From Klebsormidium nitens (Eukaryota; Plantae; Klebsormidiophyceae): a DNA stretch of 64,000 bases. Below the pieces are notes generated by a model. The model was not told the DNA's origin. It did no database searches and was given only the letters and a program-made list of their open reading frames with translations. The stretch lies in assembly GCA_000708835.1 (NCBI GenBank), contig DF237348.1:1-64000 (forward strand). Direction: 5' to 3'. A program made the translations under genes and the position numbers. Shown piece after piece: positions 49,225 to 62,570 of the stretch. Within the stretch, counting starts at the first letter, position 1; every line of letters begins with the position of its first letter.

Positions 49225-50260
49225 AATGGGACGCTGATTCCAGCGCATATTACTCTGTAGAATACAATGGACAGTGAAGCCTCCAGATCTGACCATCTTG
49301 CCATCAGGTTTAGATCATCATGGTAGGAATGACACACCAGGTTTGGTGCCAGCCAATCAGAATCGGTTGAGTTACGTTTGCAATTGAAGGTCCACTTGCA
49401 CATGTGCCATGCAGCAGACTGAGTAAGATATTGTGCTACTATATGGTATGACTTTGAATGATTGCAATGATCCGAAGACTTTGGATGCAATTGAACTAGC
49501 GATGAAATACATCAATGGCGCGTTTATGCATGGTTGTTTGGCATGAGTAACAATGAATGCACGCAGACTGCGCAATGTGTATAGGACTCATATGAAAATA
49601 GCATCATGGTTGTTTTTCGGAATAAACGCGTGCGCATATGCAATCGATCCTGGCACACTTGGGAGAGAATTCTCACTCAGCCAGCTGCAACTGACGGCCA
49701 TCTGGTCTGTGGCCCTGCATAGCATAATCTAGTACCTAATAGAGCTTCCATAATAGGTGGCTAGCGTATGTAAAATCTACACTCGCTGATGTCGTGCAAG
49801 CAAGTTGCAACTCTCTGCTAACGACGAGACGTAGCGGGTGCGTCTTGGTGCAGCCACATGTGCAGTGGCACCACGCCTATGGTTTGAGATCAACAACAAC
49901 TGCGTGCCGCCAACGAGTGCGCTGGATTCCTTCTTTATACTGTCCCCTATCCAAATGAACTGGATGTATGTCTAGTTTTCAAGCTCGTTTGCACAGTTTC
50001 AAAGCAACTTAATCCGACTTCAAAGCAACTGATCTAGTAACTTAAGAAACCATCAAATGTTTAGAACGTATCAATGTCACCTTCCATTGGAGTGTTATGT
50101 ACTCGCCTGAAAGTGGAGACCCATCGTAATGATCCCAATATACAAACCCTCTATATGGTTACAGTCCAAGCCAGCATTTTTGCTGCTTGTCAATGTCAAG
50201 CTAGTCATATCAGCCCTCCGATTAACGGACGCAGTAGAACTGACTCAAAGCAAGGGGCCC

Positions 50261-52172
50261 TCATAAGTAGGTCTTCACTTTTGCAGCTTCGCCGATTTTC
50301 CGGAGAGCCAGAACAAGTTCAGACATCCCGGCTAGGAGCTCAACCTGCTGTCGCCATGTCAAAACACCCAAGACCTTCTTCACCGTCGTTAACCTCAATT
50401 CGTCTCCCTGATGAACCAGTTGCTTCAGCGAAACTAACCTCTCGTGCATTGCAGCCTTGATGCTCACAGAGAAAGCATCTGGGTCTGCTTTGGAAGGGTC
50501 AGCCAGGCCGGGAAGGGGCAGGTCGGCAAGATTCATTTGCAGTGATGCAGACTCGTCACTCAAGTCATCTTCAATCTGCAAGAAAATTCCACAATTTAGC
50601 AGCCTACTACCCATGTTGTAATTGTCTGGGTTACACAGCGTGCCTTCACCAACCTGAGCTGTGCGCTCTAACACTTCTCTCCCTCACCAATGCCTAACCC
50701 CACGAGTTGCTCAAGTTCTCCTAGGTTGCAACTCGCAGCTCACTGAAACTGAAAACTCCACACTTTGGATTTCAGATGGTTAACAGCAAATCTGACATTC
50801 TCAGATTGGATTGGATTGGCATCCCAGCGTGAACCATGATGTGCGTACAAGCAATCAGTGCTGACGGATGACAAACTGTGCACGATTAGCAACAGACGAG
50901 CTGATGCAAACTGCTGGTCATCAAACCCTAGGGACAGCAAAAAAATCTTAACAGATCGACGCCCCAGGATCGAACAAAACCTACCAAGCTTGACTCCGAA
51001 CTCCAAGCGCTATCCAACTTCAGGTAGCAACTAAAAATTGAGCCTTCTTCCAAGGAGCGCCGCAACTCTGAACATCCCGGCCAAAACCGAAACCACTCAC
51101 TTTTGTAGTCGCGAGCTGCATACTCGACAGCTCTTCCAGTTGCTTCCCTGTCAGGCTGGCCATTGGGGGGAACGCCCCCCCGCTTAAAAGCAGGCCCAAG
51201 CTGTTCTCAATTTGGGACCCAACCATATGATAGATCAGCTGGAAGAGAGTGGTCGGCCGCAGGCCCCCGTTCCAAAGAAACGACACCTCTAAAGGCGTCC
51301 TCCAGAGGCCCGCCATTACCTGCAAAAACACATGCCAGGAACAAGTGGGTGGGAGTCTCAAACTATGCAATGCCTGCATATTTTGTATTTAAAGCCTGGC
51401 AACATTCTGCAAAAGTGGCTCTGTCAAAGGGTCACAAAAAGCAACACCCCCCTTCGATGATGTCACCCGTTGCCGAATAGTTTAGTCATGGAGAACGCAG
51501 ATCTTGGAATTTACCCACTTTGCTCCTGAAGCGCACCGCTGCCCTATACTGTCACTCTTCTGACATCAGGAATTGCTAAAACAGTCAACCTTGATTCAAG
51601 GAACTCACATGGAGGACATCTGCGTCTACCGCCCGACACTTCTCCGCAAACAGGTCTACAACTGCACGGAGGCTCTCTTCCACAAGCTCTTTACACTGTT
51701 CCGCGCCCGCGTCGTCACTGATCGCTTTCTTCAGCTTCTCCAACCTCATCCTGTACTCATGAAACCAGGTGTCTGCATACTTGTCAAAATGTGCAATTAT
51801 CTCAGCAGAGCCCTGTTTTGTCAAACCCTCGGGGTTTGAAGCTTGCCAATCTTGGCTTGTGGACGACTCCTCTGCCCTACCCCCCCTCAAGCTAGGAACA
51901 CGTTGCACTTCCATGGGTGCCGCAGACTCCTGCTCCTCCTCCATTGGCGAGTCCGTTGCCGCTTTATTAAAATCCTCCCCACCAGCCTCCCGTCGCTCAG
52001 TGCTGGAAACAGTGTCGTCGTTCCCTGCACCACCTTCATGTCCGTGCCCAATCATCTTCAGCTCCATTGAACCTGCTCGTGACTCTTCGTCATCAGAAAG
52101 CCCACCCTGAGCCTTCCGTTTGACCATTGAGGAGCCGCCCTCTGCCAAAATGCCTGGAAGCTCAGCTCGCAT
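50261..52172 (-). CDS. DOG1-domain protein without bZIP (3 exons; start codon uncertain, 52172 or 52127)
   Basis: Exons ..-51609, 51319-51101 and 50575-50261 join as DADVLH|VMAGLWRTPLEVSFLWNGGLRPTTLFQLIY...IEDDLS..LQMNLAD...LRLTTVKKVLGVLTWRQQVELL. This is the DOG1/TGA C-terminal domain pattern. Confidence 0.85.
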
Positions 52173-52357
52173 CGCCGCAATGGCAGCAAGAAACGGATTT
52201 GCTTTCTCCTCAGCAGTGATCCTCAAAAAGGTAGATCTGTATCAGCTTTTGCGCGTGCTTATCCGCCCCATATGTGGCAGTGTGAAGACGACGCTGCGAG
52301 TTTCCATTATGTTTCAAGGGTTGACATTTACATGAGCAAGGACCCCCTTACGAGCTA

Positions 52358-52631
52358 CCGTAGTGGCACGACCCATTCGCGACCCCTCTCTGCGAACATT
52401 ATTTTTTTCACTTATTTTTTTTCACACCAAGCTCAAGAGGATTTATTTCATTTCGTACCAGCAATATAACCCTACAGAATCAGGTGATTAACCACCCAAA
52501 ACAGACGTAACCAATCAACTAACCCGGATCTTTTAGTTTCGCAGTTTCACACAAGCTGTTCAGAATTAATTATTTTTTTCACACAAGCCCAAAATAATTA
52601 ATTTCAGGGTGAATGGGTCGTGCCACTACGG
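52358..52631. mobile_element. Tc1/mariner-type MITE, 274 bp, TA TSD
   Basis: Perfect 21-bp TIRs ccgtagtggcacgacccattc (52358-52378) and gaatgggtcgtgccactacgg (52611-52631), flanked by TA at 52356-52357 and 52632-52633. AT-rich interior with repeated ttattttttt(t)cacac motifs. Confidence 0.9.
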
Positions 52632-53102
52632 TAAACTGGTTCTTGAGACGTCATCCTGGGACGGCGCGAGCGGTGCTCATTATTGAGCGCGTCACCTTTT
52701 ATCCAATCATTTGGCCCAAAAGAGCATCTGAGTGCCCCGTGTTCACGCACCGGCCACTCACGCAAAACTTCAGTCCTGAAATCCTTTCTCAGGGCAGACT
52801 GGTTGAAGGCAGACTACGCTCGGGGAGGAGCCACGGGTTGACAATCATATCGGATTCGACGATACGGGGAGCCTGGAACCTATTCACACTGAGTTGTGAT
52901 CAAGAAAAGCTGAGCCGCAAGTCAAGCGAAGCATCTCACGTGGTCACCATCCTTTTCACTTTTGACTTGGAACTTGCAGCGTGCACATTTGCCTGAGCCA
53001 GGTGGGTCCTGTCTTCCCACTGGCAATCGCCACACAAAAAGGAGACAGGTAAAGGACCATCTGCAGGAGTTTTGTTTCGGGTGCGTTCAGACGTCAGCAG
53101 CA

Positions 53103-56100
53103 ATGTCGCTGCGTGTGACGTCGCCGGCCTTGAGTACTAGGAGCTGTGGGGGATGGCAGAGCAGCACGTTCGGCGATTCTGCAAGTTGTATTGAAGCCAA
53201 AAATGTCTGCCTGGTACCGAGTTTCACCAAGCGACTAGCAGGCAGTTTCACAGGAACAGAGAAAGCTCAAAGGTTCGCTGCGCGGACATATTCAGGACCC
53301 TTAAGGACCATTGCAGCAGTAGCAGATGCGGCAGCTGACGGTATGTCCTCCGATTTAAGCTTGGTATATTCACCATTTGACCTTGCGGCATTGCCCAAAA
53401 CCGCTCAAGTCCTGTACGTCTAAATTTTTTGCTTCAAGGAGGTTCCAATCTTTATTCTGGGCCGTATCAATCCTGCCTGAATCGTTTCTTGATATGATGA
53501 AGGCCTCACATCATTTTCAAGCCGCTTGTTCACATCTAGGATTGTCCAATAGTTGCGCAAGGAAACCACTTTGTGCGCCATCGCATGGTAATGGTGAAGG
53601 GTTTTGTGTGTTTCTTAAATGCAGTATAAGGTGTTTCACGCCCTCAACTTTTATTGTTAGTATTTGATGAAGCAAAACGTGGAAGAGGAAGTGCATTGCT
53701 AAGCGCTGTTTCCCGTGTAGATTGGATTCTAAACCTGACCGCATCAGCATATGGAATATGTAGGCATGGCCTTTTGAACGCCATCCGCCTGCGCAAGATA
53801 ATATATGAGAGGGTGCTCGGGGCAAGGAACACCTCACATATCAGAATTTCTTGCCGGAAGTGGGAAGTATTGAAACCCTGATGCCCGTTATAGCAAGTGA
53901 TGCTCAGTACGATGAAGCAGCATTTGGGAAAGTGCGATGGATTGGTGGTGGAAATTGACGCCCTCTTTAGAGTCGCGGCTTCAGTTCGGGAATTCTTGAG
54001 CATTAAGGATTTGAGTGGGGCCTGGTAAGCCTAACCTGTCAGCATCTTACTTGTGAGCTGCTTCTGGAACTCAGAACTGTCAAGAGTGATAGTCAAGCAA
54101 TCAAGAAACAGAGCAATGACAGTCTTCGCTTTTTCAAATTCAGCTCCTGCCAAGCAGCGGAGCTGGCGAGAGAAAGCACGACCGATCCAGCCAGGCAGCG
54201 CGTACCCAGCGAAAGAGCACTGCAGGTAAGCCGCCATCGTTGGTGCATAACTGCAAGTCTTTGTTCATCACAATTGTGTTCAGTTCCATTGGGCCTGGAA
54301 GATTCCTGCAGTATGGTACTCGTCTCCATCTCAATCCATCGTGACTGCTCCAGATCGGTCCATAAAGCTCAATTGCAGCACTTGCCTTTCACATCTCTAG
54401 TTGGAAGTCCTGTTCATGAGATATACCAGCGCAATTTCCTGTCTTTTACCTTTCATAGCTGTTGCCAACCAGGCTGCAGCTGCATATTCAGAGTCTGCAC
54501 AATCAAGATCGCACCTCATATTGTTTCCCCTGAGCCACAACACTCTGTTTTATGTGTCCCTTTTCAGCAATTGTGGCCTGTGCGACACCTACTACGTAGC
54601 ACACGTGAAGGACGCGTGTGCTTTTCTGGGGGACGGCATGTCCAGGGTCGAGGTATGGGTATCTCCTAGTCCATTTCTGTATCAAGTTGACCAAGCTTTC
54701 GCAGTTAAAACAGCACCTGGTGCCGGATCACTCCTTGATCTTAAAAATCGATGCTACGATGGCGTGCAAAGCCGCAGCATTTGTTGTATGTTTTCCGTCC
54801 GCTTCCAATGGTCATGCACGGATGGATCAAGGACCCCTGGTCAGAATCGCAAGTTAACCTCGGTTATCCCAAACCCTGTCGCAGGATCTTGAGCCACGGG
54901 TACACGGACGGGGTCGGGACCCAGACTCGCTGGACGACGCTCACTTTGGAGTGCACAAAGAGATGCTGTATGCCAAGAAGACGAACCCAATTGAAGGAGC
55001 GCAGTGGACTGGAATTGTAACTGGCATTGCAATGGAGATGCTGCGGTCGGGCAAAGTGGACGCGGTCGTGTGCGTGCAAAGGTGAGCTTGGTGGCAACGC
55101 AGGCGACGCCGCAGCGAGTTCTACGTGTTCTGAAGTGCCCTGCGTGTTCTGAAGTGCTCTCAAAGAAGTAGTTCGAGATCGACTAGGAGTTGGTGCGGTC
55201 ATTGGACAGGGTTGGTATCCAAAGACCGTTTGACATCCAAGTTGAACGGGTGATCTCAGTCGTCATATCAATCGTAGCCTTCTTGCAGGGAACGTTTGAT
55301 GAAAGGCAGAGTCCGTGTTGTCCAATTACCAACGAACTTCTTACAACGTTTGCATCAATATTGACGAGCGTTGTGATCTGATTGTGAATGGAGTCGTCCA
55401 TTGCTCGCAGCGATCCTGAAGACCGGTTCAAACCAAAGCCGGTGCTAGCCCGTACACCTGAGGAGGTTCTGGCTGCGAGGGGCGTCAAGCCAACGCTGTC
55501 ACCAAACCTGAACGTGCTAGCTCTTGTAGAGGTGCGTGGTCGGATGAAAAAACCCTTCGCACGATACGATTTGTCAGAGGAAGCTAGAGCAATCAAACAG
55601 AGTCCGTTGACTCTGGTTTTAGGAAACCAATAGAAAGAGACGTCACTGGTTTTGCCGCTGACGGTTTAGAAACAAGTCGAGAGTCCTTGCTTATTGACAA
55701 TATGAAGTTCCTTGAAAAGGTGCAATTGCTTCAGGTAATTTGGTCACCTTTTTCGGGCCATGATGGAGTTTCTCAATAAGGATAGGTGCCTTCAAGAACG
55801 GGCCTCTTGTGAGCACTAAGGCCGTGTGCAGCACTAAGGCCGTCAAGTAAAAATGTTGAAATGGGAATGCTTTCGTCTTTGCAGGCAGCAGGTGTAAAAC
55901 GGCTGCTGTTCTGTGGAGTCGGCTGTCAAGTACAAGGTACGTGGGCGCCTTGCTCGTAGAAAAGTTTCTCAGTCCCAAGCGCTTTTGCGCACCTTTCACT
56001 TCAGCTCGGAAGGTTGACCGGAGTCAAAGAGGTGTGAGATTCGATCTTGCCAGTTTGCGCATTGATGTCGTTTCGAGAAGCTCACAGTTTGACAAGGATA

Positions 56101-59100
56101 ATGACCCTTGCGTGGTTGAAGGGGACCCATCGAACGGCTTAAGATCGTGGTTCAGATAACAGATCTACTGTCTGCCGGGCTTTGGGTTTCAAGCAAAGCC
56201 TTTGATATCGGACCCTCGCCTCGTTTCTTCGCCCCGATGTCCACTGCATAAAACTCGCTGGTGCCAGAGCTCGTAGAAAAGAAGGACTAATTTGAATAAA
56301 CCGTTTTTTTGTATTTTCTTTATATAAAAAATTGATCTTGAGCCGTTTCTTTAGGACAACTGCTACGCAAAGAACGGGCGTAAAAGGAGTGGGTTTGAAA
56401 GGTGCGTAGTCCCTCATTCAAGCCGCTTTTTACGGCGAGTGACATTCTAATCCAATGCTGGCCCCTTCCTTGCAGCGCTGCGCTCGGTGGAGCAACATCT
56501 GGGACTGGAGAAGCTCTACGTTCTGGGGACCAACTGTGGTAAGTCACTGACCATCAGTTGTACTGGTCTGCACAACTTTCCTCTGGTACTCACAGATTTG
56601 ACATGGAGCAATTAGAGTGCTGCGGTCGAGAGACACATTGATTCGTCAGGTTTTATAGGAGCAAAGTACAAATCTTCTGTCGTGGCCGTCATGGTTGTTT
56701 CTTGATGTTTCGACCTCAGCAACTTTCTACCGCCGCGCTCGATGGCACTTGACTAAAGCGAACCTTATGCCCCGCACTGGACCCCTGTCCTTGGATGCGC
56801 CAGGAGAAACCGGGTTTGTGTGCGGCGAGCGACTCAGCAATAGAAGAGTGGACCACTAGGTTTTTTCGGATACGTACAGATGGCCTTCCCCCACTTGCAG
56901 TGACGGCGGACATGTGAACAGCTTAGCTTCTCGCAGTGAAAACTGGTCACTGAACAGGGCTGGAGAAGTTTCTGCCCGCTGCGAGCGACTCAAGGTTCGA
57001 AAATAGACGTTTCTGACTACGCCTTTCTCTTTCCCGCGAGTAGAGTCTCTCAAACCTGGCTTGTTCCTCGCAGTGGACAACGGTCCCCGCGCAGGGCTGG
57101 AGAAGTTTTTGAACGCCGCGAGCGACGAGCCGGAGACGGTGCTGCACTACGAGTTCATGCAGGACTACAAGGTGCACTTGAAGCACCTCGACGGGCGCAA
57201 CGAGGAGGTACGGTCGTCGTCGCTTTCCGCCTGCTTGATCCGTCCCACTAAGCAAGACTCATGCTTAGATTTTGACGTTTATTCGGCCCCTATCCAGAAG
57301 TTGTAGCTGGTCGAGGGCTTTCTGTCCTTTGCAGGAACGGCATAAAATAGAATCTGAAAGTGTTTCTCCTTGCTGCCGCGGAGTCTTCCGTTGTAGGGTG
57401 CCCTTGCGGCCATGACTCCCATACCTCTATACCTTAGCAGAGCTCCTGCGGGATTGGCGCGTTATATGGATTACGAGCATTTGCGCAATCTCAAAAACGA
57501 ACACTTGATCTGCGCATTCCTTTTCATCAAGGAAGCGTTTTCGCTCGGAAACTTGCGCCCAAGCCAGTCTCTCATCCAACCTCTAATACTGCCGCTGCAG
57601 GTGCCGTACTTCTGTCTGCCAGCGGACGACTTAAAGGACGTTATCGCCCCCTCCTGTTACACGTAAGCGTCAGGTGGCCCGTTGTCTCTGGGAACCTGCC
57701 CTTCTTACAACACTGCTTGCAAGCTCGTGATGGGCTCGAGGGCTGTTATGGTGTCGGAGTGGAGGTCAGCCTTTTAGAAAGGGACGCAGCTCTTGCGGGG
57801 GGTCCCTGAGGATATCAAACCCTCAGGACGCAGGAATGTTGACGTGGCTGGCTTACCATGTAGATATCCAATCACTCCGTCGAAAGATATGCAAATTGTT
57901 GTTGATAGTCGGCTGCCTCGCATGAGGCTCCAGGTTCGAGAGTTTCGGCGGGGCGATTGCGGGGCCGAATTGGAAGCATCTGACTCGTTCTTCGAATCGC
58001 TTTCAGGTGCTTCGACTACACAAACGGACTAGCGGTAAGCAGCTCGGCTCTGCACTGATGTTTTTTTGTGATGATGTCTTTTTGTGACGAGAGTGTGTGG
58101 TTTTGTGGATGAAATACTCTTACGTCGCTTGTCGGCAGCGACGAAAGCCAGCATCGACTGAAAAGGGCTTGTGCATCCAACAAGATGTTGCTCATTTGCT
58201 CCTTGCTGTTTTGGCTCTGTCTCAAATAGGCAGAGGGCCGATGCAGTCAAGGCGGTAAGGCAAGTAAGGGAGTGCTGAAGTCCAGTCGACACTCGGATTG
58301 TTGCTCAGCTCCACTAGTACTTAGGACATAGCCAGTCCCGTGTTGAAATCCAAGTTCCGGACTGTCGATTTTCTGCGGGTTTTGATAGGAGACGCTGGCT
58401 TTGATATGGTGGTGGCCCGTCCAAGCGAACCCTCCGCTTGCACCTATCGCGAAAACGGTTAGAGCACCTAGTTGCTGAGGTCAGCGGCTCTCTTCCCCGG
58501 TGCAGGATCTGGTGGTCGGGTATATGGGCGTGCCCAAGTCGGAGGGAGTCCCCATGACACGGCACCCACAATACGTCACCGTAAGGTGAGGCCTCTTTCA
58601 GTCATGATCGCATCCCATCTCACGTTCATCTGCGGAAGTGTCACTGGTTTGCTGCTCCGGCCTTGTGCACGCTTCAAGGCACCGTGCATTTCCGAGACGT
58701 GCTTTCAGTACGAAAAACGCCTTCAAGTACCGTTAGAGACGGTTCGGGTTGCCCTGTTATCACTTCCCGGACAAAGTAAAGTTCAGAAGCACCCACCAAC
58801 TCTTCCAGAACAGTGTCACCCGCCTCTCTGGCTCTGTCGGTTGCCTACTGGTTTTGTTGCACCAGTCAAATCTGCACCATAAGCATTCTGTGTTCTCCGG
58901 ATAGTGCTCAGCTCTCGGTCTCTTTCTACTTCGCAGGAATGACCGGGGGGCGGAGATGCTGGACCTCGTTAGAAATCAGCTGGAAATCACACCGACGGTC
59001 AGCTCGGTAAGCAGGCTTTTCCACCCCGTGCAACGGCCCCGTGAGTCTGATCACATTGAGGACAAAGACGTGAAAGTACAGATAAATGCTGGGGTTTTTT

Positions 59101-60990
59101 TCTGCACTGAAAGCGCTATTTGCTCGTGTCAGATCAAACAAGAGTTCGAAGAACAACGTACGACGGCGTTTGGACGCTGACCTTTCCATGTGGACTCTAA
59201 TGTCAGTCAGCCCTCTGACCCATCCGTACCTACATTGCTCAAAGCTTGTACTGCCGGCAGCAAGCTCACGATGACCTTCGCTTTAGGTTCCGCGTCGACC
59301 GAAAACTGCTTGGCTCGCCAGCTTCGCATCTCCGGTCCGCGTACAGCTTTGGACAGTACCGCTCCAGCTAAAACTTGTACTAGGTCTGTACTTTTTTTAC
59401 CACGTGATCCATTGAAGCGTTCTAATTGGTCGTCACGACCGGAGACGAGCGCTAAGCCATTTCGGTCGACGCGGAACCTTACGGGGTCAAAGGACGCTTC
59501 CTTGCAAGGAATCGTGCGGCTGGTGCGTATTACTAACGCAACCTGTGATTCCGCATGCAGGGTGACAGAAAGTCGTTCGTCCTAGAGACGGTCAAGGCAG
59601 ACGACAAGGCCACGATCGGTAAGCCACCCCATTCTGCGGAGATTTGTACTCTCTGTTGAGGGGAGAATGTCAAGAAGTAAACCTGGTTCTTTGCCTCTTC
59701 GCCGACGGAAAGGTTCAGATTCGATTTCGTGATATTTCGTCGTGCACTCGGAGTGTCGTGTTCGTCGAGCTATATTCTCGGTCTGCTGGCGAAAAGCTCT
59801 GCGCCGTTTGCCTAGACACCGTCAGGCTGCCGTGTGCCCCTTGGAGACGGATTGCCGCAAGAACGTTCGGACTCCAGCAAAACGACGTCATCAACAGTCG
59901 TTTTTTATTGTTGCAGGCCTAGAAACAACAGTCCCGGCGCCTCTGTTTATCGGCAACGCCATCGCGTGGGTGCTAGACAAGATTGGACCCAAAGGTCTTG
60001 AGTTCGGACGCTACTCTATAGACTACCACTTCATCCGAAACTACTTATACGTAGTCCGGACCTGGGGTCCGAAAAGGTCCGTGTCGGCGTCTCTCATATT
60101 TTATATCATGCAGAGTTCCACAAATTCTACAGGCAAAAGGTTTTCAAATAAAGCAAAAGAAGTAGCAAAGAATAAGGAGATGGAAAGAAGCTTTGCGGGT
60201 AACTTCTTAAGTAAGGCTGGTAGCTTTCGGAGGCAGAATGGCTTTCGTGGGTTGTTGCAGTGACCCTGTCTGACGCGTTTGCGGTCAGTGTGGCTGCACC
60301 CTTCCGTCAGTTACGCGCAGGCAGTGTGCGAGTCAAGGTGTCGTCTCGTGTTGTCGTCGAACATACACTCCTTCGTCTAGTTGCTTCTAAATAGTGTTTT
60401 CTGTGACTCTTTTCTGTTGTTTGGGAGTTCAAGCCAGTGGTGGCTTGCTATTCTGTCGTAGTAGCTGGCAGGACTTGTCAGCTTGAAGTGCGCTGCGCGA
60501 TTGATTCTGGTCTGCGCAGTCTTCTTCATCAACGGCTCTCTTTGGCTCCCTTTGAGTTTCTCGCTCGGTTGCTCAGAAATGGCTAGCACCACTACAGTTA
60601 CAGTCACTCTCGGATTTTTAAACCCCACGTTATCGTTGGACCTATTCAAAAGCCGAAACTGATTTTCTCCATCTTTTCTGTTGCAGGGCTGCGCAGCATA
60701 TACCGGCCTACGCCCAACGGCTGGTTAACATGTACAACAAGAAGGGCGAAATAGACCGCATTTTAGATGAAGGTGCCCTCGCTATGGAGTTCAAGAAGCA
60801 GATTGAGGGGAGGCCCAAGCGGGAGCCAAAAGCGATTTGGGAAAAGCTCTACGGGGTTCAAGAAGACTTTGGGTACACAGAGGATGGGGCGACGCGGCAT
60901 CGAAACGAGCTATTGTCTCTTGCGCTAGCATACGGGGTTGTGACGCTCGTTTTGAAATACTTGTTTGACAGCGGATTCATTCATCCTTAG
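53103..60990 (+). CDS. HCAR: 7-hydroxymethyl chlorophyll a reductase, plastid-targeted, multi-exon
   Basis: Transit-like start. YPAKEHC/SNCGLCDTYYVAHVKDACAFLG, GAQWTGIVT, GVKPTLSPNL, LLFCGVGCQVQ, LGTNC/VDNG, TVLHYEFMQDYKVHLKH, VPYFCLPADDL..VIAPSCY and IDYHFIRNYLYV. Confidence 0.95.
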
Positions 60991-61971
60991 TCAGTTCGCA
61001 CTTTTGACTGGTTACCGTACCTCATAAGCGGACAGACCACAGTGTATATAAGAGTTGACATAACAGGTTGTTCCCCAAAGATTTTTTAGGTAGTTCGTAG
61101 GTGACGCAGAGGCAAGCACCAAGTGGTTTCCAACGCACTTTTGTATCGGAAGGTTGACCAATCGTGACCAATGATTTCTGTCCTAAGAGCAGGCGGCCCT
61201 ACACCTCCGAAAAGGCAATCCGCGGTCTGAATCCAAAGTCTTTTGTCCAAAGCTTCGCTTCTTGGGAAGCTAGCAAATGAATGCGCATGGTTGACGAACT
61301 AGCAGTTTGTGTCAACGATTGATATGCAAATGAAGATCCAAGGACCGAGCCTGAGCATTAAACTAGCTCCGTGGGCTCAGTCCTTGCTGGTTGTGTTTGA
61401 CATGCTGGATATACTGCCGCGAAATTCCGTTGGGAAGTCAGACTTCATCAAGAATCAGCACGTACGTATAGATGATACAAGAAAGCATGATCTACAGCAG
61501 CCGGGTAGTGCTGATGCATGTCGACAGGTTGCTAACCGCGCGGTTAAAACTTAAGATGATAAACCGTGGCGGTTACCGCGTACGTGGTTTCCACGTTCGG
61601 ATATTCCAACTTTTTTGCCAGCGTGGCACTTGCAACCAATAGGGTGCGCTTCCGAGATCTTGCCTTCACTTTGGCCAGCCACGTAAGCGTCGACGGAAGA
61701 TTCACTTCGTTGCAGTCTGCACTTCAGTCTCGTCACCAGAGGGCAGGGCTCAACTTTCAAGCAAGAAGAAAGCGAAGGAAAAGCAACCTGAAGAGCATCA
61801 GGGCGCTCTTGGAACAATCGACGGCGGTTGAAACCATCTGACTACCTTGCATTCTCCTTACTCTCTTCGTGGTTGAGCGTCTTGTTTTTGAACAGGTTTC
61901 AGCGAAGCGCTTCGCTTTATAGCAGTTTTTTTGCTTCAACAAGAAGCTTGCACGCGTTCAATAATAAGAAA

Positions 61972-62570
61972 ATGGAGGCCGTGGCCTCTCCGGCCCTGCA
62001 CACCCAGGCAGCAGCTGCAGGGTTCGGACAGAGGACGCATGGTACGCACGTGCAAACGCAGGTTCGGACACAGGCCGCCCTGCTGCCTCGGCAACAGAGG
62101 CATCCAAAGCTCCACAGCTTTGGCTCCGCAAAAAGCATTGCAGGCCAGAAAGTTTGTGCAGAGTCTGAGGGGTTTAGGAGGGATAGAAAGGGGCGGGGGC
62201 ATGCCAGGGCAGCGGGGACGCAAAGTCCGACAAGGGAAAGGCCCTCAGTGAAAGAGGCGGCCGAGAAGATCGTAGGGGGTCTAGGGGGCGGGCTAGATGA
62301 GGTTAAGCTGGATGAGGTAGCGGGGCAGGTAGCAAAGGAGACGGGGAGCGAGAAGGCGCAGATCAGTGAGTTTTTGAAGCGGGAGTACAAGGCAGGGTTT
62401 GTGACTGACATCCAGTCAGAGAGGATTCCGAGGGGGTTGTCAGAGGAGACAGTCAGGACTATCTCGGCAAAGAAGAACGAGCCGCAGTGGATGCTCGACT
62501 ATCGCCTGCGGGCCTACCGCCAGTGGCTGAAGATGGAGGAGCCACGCTGGTCGGACAACAAGTATCCCAG
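61972..62570 (+). CDS. SUFB: Plastid Fe-S scaffold SufB, first exon only
   Basis: Transit-like N-terminus, then REYKAGFVTDIQSERIPRGLSEETVRTISAKKNEPQWMLDYRLRAYRQWLKMEEPRWSDNKYP and a gtaagc donor at 62571. The next exon was not recognised within the window. Confidence 0.9.

Noticed and set aside
24666-62570. Apparent tetrapyrrole/Fe-S theme (COX10, DOG1-like, HCAR, SUFB)
   Set aside because: The genes act in different organelles and are interspersed with unrelated genes. Eukaryotic neighbourhood is weak evidence of a cluster.
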